DNA from: an uncultured candidate division WPS-2 bacterium
Lineage (GTDB): Bacteria > Vulcanimicrobiota > Vulcanimicrobiia > Vulcanimicrobiales > Vulcanimicrobiaceae
Reading direction: 5' to 3'
Assembly (NCBI GenBank): GCA_937927945.1
Contig: CALEYW010000092.1
Location: 25,469 to 89,468, forward strand
Length of the DNA: 64,000 bases
A program made the translations under genes and the position numbers. The notes under the pieces are model-generated. The model was not told the origin of the DNA. It ran no database searches and saw only the letters and a program-made list of their open reading frames with translations. Below, in pieces: positions 56,561-64,000 of the stretch (its first letter is position 1; each line of letters starts with the position of its first letter).

Positions 56561-58627
56561 CTACGGCCGCGACGTCCCTCGGGCCGACGCGGTCGGCGGC
56601 GCGATCCCGAGTTCGCGATAGAAGGCGTTCGGGGTCATCGGCCGCCCCAGAAAGCGCGTCACTTCGCGATCGGGTTCCTGGAGCCGCGCCGGCGCGAGGA
56701 TGTCGTTGCGGTAGGCGAGCCCGGCCTTCGGGTTCGTCAGCCCCTCCGACGCGAAGCGCGAGAACATGTCCTGCGCGTAGACCTTCGACCACAGATAGCC
56801 GTAGTAGCCCGCGTCGTAACCGGACATCAAGTGGCCGAACTCCGATTGCGGATGCGTCCCCTCGACGAACTGGTTCGGTGTGGTCGCCGCGACCGTCGCC
56901 TTCCAGATCGCGGTCGTGTCGATCGGCGGTTTGGCGGTGTGGTATCGCATGTCGACCGTCGCGTAGAGGATCTGGCCGCTCGTCTGCAGCGCGTAGTGCA
57001 CGTAGCGCGCGGCGATCATCTTCGCGATCAGGTCGTCCGGCAGCGGCGCTCCCGTCGTGACGTTGTGCGAGACGCGCTTGAGGATGCCGGGATTCCATGC
57101 CCAGTTCTCGAGCATCTGCGAGGGCGCCTCGATGAAATCTTGGCGGAAGCCGTTGTTCAGCGTCTCGTACGGCTGGTCGGCCAGAACCGCGGCCATGCAG
57201 TGCCCGAACTCGTGAAAGAACGTCTCGACGTCGCCGTGCATGAGCAGCGCGGGCTGACCAGGCGCCGGCTGCGGCCAGTTCCCGACGATCGCGGTTTCGG
57301 CGAGCCGGACCGTGCCGTCCGGCAGCACCCGCCGCGGGATGACGCCGAAGTTCGCGAAGTGGTCGTATTTGCCGGGACGCGGATAGAGATCCAAGTAGAA
57401 ACGCCCGAGCGGCCGCGCCGTCGCCGCGTCCCGCACGTCGTAGGCTTGCACTTGCACTTGCCAGACCGGCACGTCGACTCGGGTGAACTTCACCCCAAGC
57501 AGTTCCTCGTAGATGCCCAGCACGGCTTCGACGACGTGCTGCACGGGAAAATACTGCTTGACCTCGTTTTGATCGACCGCGTACTTCGTCTTGCGCAGCA
57601 CATTTTCGTAGTACGTCTGGTCCCACTGGTCGAGCGGCGCGCCTTTGAGCGCGGCGTCCTCGTCACGCTCTTGCCGTGCCTTGGCGATGATCGCGGCGTC
57701 GATCTGCGCGAGGAAGCCTTCGACCCGCTGCGGCGACGACGCCATCCGGTCGGCGAGGACGAACGCCGCCCAGGTCGGGTATCCCAAGAGGTGCGCGAGG
57801 CGATCGCGGATCACGAGCGCATCGCCCAGCAATTTCACGTTCGCGTCGCCGCCGCGGTTGTTGAACGCGACGTAGTAGGCCTTACGCGCGCTCGCGTCCG
57901 CCTCGTTCTGCAGGAACGGTCCGATCGTCGACTCGTTCACCGGGACGGTGAAACCGCCGTCGGCGGCCGGCTTCAGTGCGGCGGCGACGAAACTCGCCGG
58001 AAGCGACGTTGCTTGCGCCGCCGAGATCGCGATCGTCGACGCGTCCTCGCCGAGGTTCGCGCCGAAGCGGTTCTGCAGGTCGTTCAGTTTCTGCGAGAGC
58101 GCGACGAACTCGGCGCGCTGCGCGTCCGGCAAGCCCGCACCGCTGCGCCGGAGCGCCGTGAGCCACAGGTCGGTCAGTTTGACCTGCGCCGGTGCGCGCG
58201 CCGTACCGCTCGCCTTCGCGTCCGCGACGGCACGGTAGATGTCCGGCCGCGCCGAGATCTCGGTCAGCACGTTCCCCGCGTCGGTCGAGCACTTCAAGGA
58301 CGCGGCCCGGACCTTCGCGTCGGAGGCGACGTTGTAGAGAAACCCTTGCGCCGCGAGGTCGTCGTTGAAGTCGGCGGTAGCGTTTTCGAGCGGCAGCACG
58401 ACCGAACTGAACGTACGTCTGCCGGGCGCGACCTTGGCGACCGCGAGCGAACCGCGCCGCACGGCGGCGATCCCCGCTGCGCACGAGGAGGCGATGCGGG
58501 CCGGCGTCGCAGCCCAGTCGAGGGGCAGGATCGCGGCGGCGGGGACGGCGCCCGACCCGAGCGGCAGCGTCGCGAAGAGCGCGGCAGCCAAGCCGGCCGC
58601 TACGCTCCGGGAGAATGCGGAGTTCAT
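56561..58627 (-). CDS. M3-family zinc metallopeptidase (dipeptidyl carboxypeptidase/oligopeptidase-like), secreted
   Basis: The zinc motif 'FHEFGH' with a downstream Glu region is present, with an M3-type length. There is a signal peptide from ATG at 58627 ('MNSAFSRSVAAGLAAALFATLPLGSGA'). Confidence 0.85.
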   Translation of the reverse strand: MNSAFSRSVAAGLAAALFATLPLGSGAVPAAAILPLDWAATPARIASSCAAGIAAVRRGSLAVAKVAPGRRTFSSVVLPLENATADFNDDLAAQGFLYNVASDAKVRAASLKCSTDAGNVLTEISARPDIYRAVADAKASGTARAPAQVKLTDLWLTALRRSGAGLPDAQRAEFVALSQKLNDLQNRFGANLGEDASTIAISAAQATSLPASFVAAALKPAADGGFTVPVNESTIGPFLQNEADASARKAYYVAFNNRGGDANVKLLGDALVIRDRLAHLLGYPTWAAFVLADRMASSPQRVEGFLAQIDAAIIAKARQERDEDAALKGAPLDQWDQTYYENVLRKTKYAVDQNEVKQYFPVQHVVEAVLGIYEELLGVKFTRVDVPVWQVQVQAYDVRDAATARPLGRFYLDLYPRPGKYDHFANFGVIPRRVLPDGTVRLAETAIVGNWPQPAPGQPALLMHGDVETFFHEFGHCMAAVLADQPYETLNNGFRQDFIEAPSQMLENWAWNPGILKRVSHNVTTGAPLPDDLIAKMIAARYVHYALQTSGQILYATVDMRYHTAKPPIDTTAIWKATVAATTPNQFVEGTHPQSEFGHLMSGYDAGYYGYLWSKVYAQDMFSRFASEGLTNPKAGLAYRNDILAPARLQEPDREVTRFLGRPMTPNAFYRELGIAPPTASARGTSRP

Positions 58628-58712
58628 CACCGCGTCTACGTTCGCGACCGGTTCCGGCGTTCCGTCGCGTTCGTGAAAGGGCCGGCACGGCAGGCTCCGT
58701 AAGGCCACGTGT

Positions 58713-59816
58713 ATGCTCCGTTCGCTCCTCCACGCGAGTGCGGCGCTCGCCTTTGCCGCGCTGATCGCCCCGGCGACCCCCTCCGCGGCGCCGCCGGCGG
58801 GACTTGCCTATGACGAGATCGTGCGGGTCGTCGTCGAGGGGACCCCGCCGCCGCCCGGCAGCTTCCAGGCCGACGCGGCCGCCGTCAATTCACCCGCGCC
58901 GGCTGCGACCGCGCCGCCGCGCAAGCGCGGTCTCGGCGCTTTGGTGAACGTCGCCGGAGCGGTATTGAGCGGCGGCGGCGGCGCCGTGGCGGGGGCGGTG
59001 GTGAGCGAAGCGGTCGCCAGCGCCATGGACAACGCGATCCAGCAATCGATGGGCGCGCAGTTCGGCGCGCTCGGGGCCGCCGCGCGCGGGTTCCTGCAGC
59101 CGCGCCTGCTGCGCTATGCGTACATGAACGGCTGGGAGCGCATCGACGACGTCGGGGCGCAGACGGCGACCATTCGGAAATGCGACATCGGCCAGGTGAT
59201 CCGCCTCGACCTCGCTCGCCGGAGCTATTCCGTGTACGCGCCTGACGGCGAGCCGACCGCGCCTCCGGCGGCGATGCCGTCCCCGCACCGCGAACGGGCT
59301 GCGGCCGCGGATCCGGCCCAGCCCGGGACGACGGTCGCCGAACTGAACGAAGCGACGAGGCCCCTTGGTCCGTTGCGCATCGAGAATCAGGCGACCACCG
59401 GTTACGATGCAACCACGACGTTCTCGAGCTCGCAGTCGACCGGGAGCTGTCACGACGCCAACGCCTCGATCCGCACGGTCGAATACCTCTCGACGGTGAC
59501 CCTGCCGACGGTTACCGCGTGCCCGATTCGGCGGCCGCCGCTGCCGCGCACCGCCGCGGAGGTCGTCACCTCGCCGACCGGCGGGTGCAAGCCGACGTTC
59601 ACGTTCCACCGGAGCGGTCCAACGCCGCCGACGACCAAACTGGCACTCTACTCGCTGGTCACGTTCTCCGGCGGAGCGAGCCCGGGACCGCAGCCCGCCG
59701 GCAGCCCGGCGCCCGGCGGAATCGCCTTTCTCACCGAGCGCGGCAACCTCAAGCCGCTCGGACCGGGCAACGCCGCCCTCTTCGACGTCCCGGCGGGTTT
59801 CAGCCGAGCGCCGTGA
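58713..59816 (+). CDS. Secreted hypothetical protein
   Basis: A signal peptide ('AALAFAALIAPATPSAA') is followed by Pro/Ala-rich linkers and a Gly/Ala-rich hydrophobic patch. I recognise no family. Confidence 0.5.
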   Translation: MLRSLLHASAALAFAALIAPATPSAAPPAGLAYDEIVRVVVEGTPPPPGSFQADAAAVNSPAPAATAPPRKRGLGALVNVAGAVLSGGGGAVAGAVVSEAVASAMDNAIQQSMGAQFGALGAAARGFLQPRLLRYAYMNGWERIDDVGAQTATIRKCDIGQVIRLDLARRSYSVYAPDGEPTAPPAAMPSPHRERAAAADPAQPGTTVAELNEATRPLGPLRIENQATTGYDATTTFSSSQSTGSCHDANASIRTVEYLSTVTLPTVTACPIRRPPLPRTAAEVVTSPTGGCKPTFTFHRSGPTPPTTKLALYSLVTFSGGASPGPQPAGSPAPGGIAFLTERGNLKPLGPGNAALFDVPAGFSRAP

Positions 59817-59924
59817 TGCTCGCCGCTCGGCGGGCCAAGCGAACGGGGTCGGGGGTCCGGATGGGGAACGCCGACTTCCGCAATGGACACCTCGGCGAAA
59901 TCGCTCTAGAATAGGCGGAGCCTC

Positions 59925-60032
59925 GACGAGGGTTGGGCCTCGCGCAACGGTAATCCGTGAACCCCGCCAGGCCCGGAAGGGAGCAACGGTAAGCGGACCT
60001 TCCCGTGTGCCGCGAGCCACCTGGCCCTCGTC
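59925..60032 (+). ncRNA. ffs: Signal recognition particle RNA (small bacterial 4.5S type)
   Basis: The domain IV consensus is present: 'CCAGGCCC-GGAA-GGGAGCAACGG' (GNRA tetraloop with the conserved AGCA of the symmetric loop). The closing helix is GACGAGGG...CCCTCGTC. A T-rich tract follows. Confidence 0.8.
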
Positions 60033-60050
60033 TTGGCCTTTCTTTTTTGC

Positions 60051-60542
60051 ATGCAGAATCTGATTACGATCGTGCTCGCCGGATTGGGCAGCGCCATCGT
60101 CGTGACCGCCGGGTATCACCTGCTGGTCGTGGCGCCGCGCCTCGCCAAACTCCGTGCGGTCCTCGATCAACACGACAGCCTCCTCGGCGGCGGCGCCGCG
60201 CGCGCCACCGATCGCATCGTCACGCTCGAACGCGACTCGGCCGCGCTGAGTGCCGCGCGCGAGGCGGTGTCGCTGCGCGTCGACGCGCTCGAGCGGACCG
60301 CGCGCACCGAGGTGCCGCGGGTCGGATTCGTGCGCTTCAACGCGTTCAGCGACGTCGGTTCCGATCTGTCGTACGCGCTCGCGCTGCTCAATCGCGACGG
60401 CGACGGCGTCGTGCTCACCAGCATCTACTCGCGTGAGGACACGCGGACGTACGGCAAAGCCGTCACCGCGTTCAAACCGGCCCAGGACCCTTCGGAAGAA
60501 GAGCTCGCGGCGATCGCCAAGGCGCGTGCGGTGGCGACGTGA
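60051..60542 (+). CDS. DUF4446 family protein
   Basis: An N-terminal TM and coiled region are followed by 'VGFVRFNAFSDVGSDLSYALALLNRDGDGVVLTSIYSRE', typical of DUF4446. I chose the ATG at 60051. Confidence 0.65.
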   Translation: MQNLITIVLAGLGSAIVVTAGYHLLVVAPRLAKLRAVLDQHDSLLGGGAARATDRIVTLERDSAALSAAREAVSLRVDALERTARTEVPRVGFVRFNAFSDVGSDLSYALALLNRDGDGVVLTSIYSREDTRTYGKAVTAFKPAQDPSEEELAAIAKARAVAT

Positions 60543-61477
60543 ACTTGCCCAAGAACACGTTCGTCGTGAAGATCATCCCGCCGCGCGGCTACTCGGTCTA
60601 TCGCCTGAAGTTCACTCGCCGCCACGTAGCGGCGATCGCCGCGGCGCTGCTGATCGTCCTGATCGGGGCGGCCGGGTTCCACACGTATCAGCTGCGGGTT
60701 GCGGAGGCGGACGTGCGGGCACTGCAGTCCCTCACCTCGGAACAGCAGTCCAAGCTGCAGACGATCGACAAACAGGCGGATGCGCTCGCAAACGAGCTGC
60801 GCACGGTGCAGAAGGAAAACGCCGAGATCAAGCGCCTGATCGGCGCGGACCGGGGCAGCCAGCGGCACGCGTTCGCGCCGAGCAGCGCGGTCCGCCCCGC
60901 GGCGGATTTCAACGCGGTGCAGAAACGTCTGCGGAGGCTGGCGCAGGCCTCGGAAGCGACACGCGACGACACGAAGCGCCTGCAGCGGCTCGCGATGCGG
61001 GTGCTCAACCTGCGCCGCATGGCGTCGATCGCGCGCGAGCGGCTGCTCGCGGCGATCCCCTCGCTGAATCCGGTCGGCGGCGGCATCGCCGCAGGGTTCG
61101 GCTGGCGCACGAACCCCTGGCCCGAATTCCACAAGGGGCTCGATCTCGAGGCCGACTACGGCACACCGGTGCACGCGACGGCGGCCGGTACGGTCGCGTC
61201 CGCTGGTTGGGAGGGGGGCTTTGGGATCAAGGTCGACATCGATCACGGCAACGGCTACCACACCTGGTACGCCCACCTCTCCCGCGCGATCGTCGCGGTC
61301 GGAGCTCGGGTCACCAAAGGCGAGCCAATCGCGCTCAGCGGTTCGACCGGCGAGTCGACCGGCCCGCACCTGCACTACCAGGTGATGTATCAAGGGCAGG
61401 CAGTCGATCCACAGCCGTTCCTCGACGGCGTGCCTGCCAAGATCATCGCGACACTTCCCGACCAGCCGGGCGTATAA
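60539..61477 (+). CDS. M23-family metallopeptidase with an N-terminal TM and coiled coil
   Basis: 'HKGLDLEADYGTPVHATAAGTV' (HxxxD) and 'GESTGPHLHYQV' (HxH) are present. The GTG start overlaps the previous stop. Confidence 0.85.
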   Translation: MNLPKNTFVVKIIPPRGYSVYRLKFTRRHVAAIAAALLIVLIGAAGFHTYQLRVAEADVRALQSLTSEQQSKLQTIDKQADALANELRTVQKENAEIKRLIGADRGSQRHAFAPSSAVRPAADFNAVQKRLRRLAQASEATRDDTKRLQRLAMRVLNLRRMASIARERLLAAIPSLNPVGGGIAAGFGWRTNPWPEFHKGLDLEADYGTPVHATAAGTVASAGWEGGFGIKVDIDHGNGYHTWYAHLSRAIVAVGARVTKGEPIALSGSTGESTGPHLHYQVMYQGQAVDPQPFLDGVPAKIIATLPDQPGV

Positions 61478-61483
61478 AGAACA

Positions 61484-61747
61484 ATGCTGCCTTGCATCGT
61501 GTGGGACATTCTCTCCAAGCTCTTCACCGCGTACATGCTCGTCATGATTCTGTATGCGGTCGTGTCGTGGATTCCGAGCATCCGCGGGCGTTGGAGCGAC
61601 TATTTGGCGATGGCGGTGGAGCCAGTGCTCGCGCCGGTGCGCCGCGTCATCCCGCCGTTGGGAGGCTTGGATCTTTCGTTTCTCGTGGTACTCATCGTGA
61701 TCCAGCTGGTGCTGCGTCTGATCGCCGGCGAACCCTGTACCGCGTGA
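61484..61747 (+). CDS. yggT: YggT family membrane protein
   Basis: The protein is 87 aa. '[10 protein letters not shown]' and '[23 protein letters not shown]' form the YggT signature. Confidence 0.8.
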   Translation: MLPCIVWDILSKLFTAYMLVMILYAVVSWIPSIRGRWSDYLAMAVEPVLAPVRRVIPPLGGLDLSFLVVLIVIQLVLRLIAGEPCTA

Positions 61748-61751
61748 GCTC

Positions 61752-63581
<1,830 letters not shown>

Positions 63582-63603
63582 CGGCGGGTGTAGAGTGGGA
63601 CGG

Positions 63604-64000
63604 GTGAGGGTCTACGTCGCGACGACAAACTTCGGCAAGCTGCGCGAGATGGAAGCGCTCTTCTCCGAGGCGCCCTTTACGCTGGCCTCGTACGGCGACT
63701 ACGAAGACCCGATCGAAGGCGACACGTCGTATGCCGACAACGCGGCGCTCAAGGCGCGCGCGCTGCACGCGCAGCTGCAGCGCGCCGGCCGGCCGGCCAA
63801 CGTCCTGGCCGACGATTCCGGCCTGGAAGTCTACGCGCTCGATCGCCGTCCGGGAGTCCTTACGGCATATTACGGCGGCGCCGAGCTGTCGTGGACCGAG
63901 CGCCGCAAACGTTTGCTGGCCGAACTCGACACCACGCCGCTGGGGGACTTCGATCGTCGCGCGCGCTTCGTGTGCGCGCTGCACTTCATCGACGAGACCG
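63604..64000 (+). CDS. rdgB: Non-canonical purine NTP pyrophosphatase (RdgB/HAM1 family), 3'-truncated by the window edge
   Basis: The GTG start is followed by 'VYVATTNFGKLREM', 'EGDTSYADNAALKA' and 'LADDSGLEV', all RdgB motifs. The ORF runs off the window, so it is absent from the ORF track. Confidence 0.8.
   Translation, partial: MRVYVATTNFGKLREMEALFSEAPFTLASYGDYEDPIEGDTSYADNAALKARALHAQLQRAGRPANVLADDSGLEVYALDRRPGVLTAYYGGAELSWTERRKRLLAELDTTPLGDFDRRARFVCALHFIDET

Overview
Very GC-rich, gene-dense bacterial chromosomal segment (G+C judged by eye, not computed). I can support about 58 protein-coding genes or gene remnants, one tRNA-Ser(GGA) and one small SRP (4.5S-type) RNA. I saw no rRNA, CRISPR array, transposase, integrase, prophage block or recognisable defence genes.

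Content, left to right:
- Tail of a RiPP-like set: S24/S26 peptidase, PqqD, nucleotidyltransferase.
- A pilB-pilT-pilC operon ending in an alternative sigma factor.
- yjbQ, an Asp/Asn beta-hydroxylase fusion and a His/Gly/Asn-rich exported protein.
- pckA.
- A tightly coupled moeA / moeA::PBP / moaD / aldehyde:ferredoxin oxidoreductase operon followed by a PilZ gene.
- Peptidases and oxidoreductases, tRNA-Ser, and several small housekeeping genes (ppa, icd, PPi-dependent pfk).
- An oxalate-catabolism island: FadR/GntR regulator, TPP decarboxylase, formyl-CoA transferase, ADP-forming acyl-CoA synthetase, oxalate:formate-type MFS antiporter.
- A co-directional deoC / hybrid kinase / aldh / GGDEF-EAL / EgtB-like chain.
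- An ABC exporter with two different ATPases and a tandem-FtsX permease.
- A disrupted single-chain biotin carboxylase.
- A membrane 'Holin-X/DUF3618' triad, an M3 peptidase, SRP RNA, then DUF4446-M23-yggT-lepA-rdgB.

I did not find a convincing new defence-type system. The best candidates for novelty are:
1. The oxalate island, with an unexplained ADP-forming CoA ligase and a shared AT-rich operator.
2. The fully asymmetric ABC exporter.
3. An unusual density of decayed or fragmented genes.
4. Conserved genes that seem to start at non-ATG/GTG/TTG codons behind perfect Shine-Dalgarno sites.

All functional calls rest on motif recognition in the supplied translations. No database search was possible.
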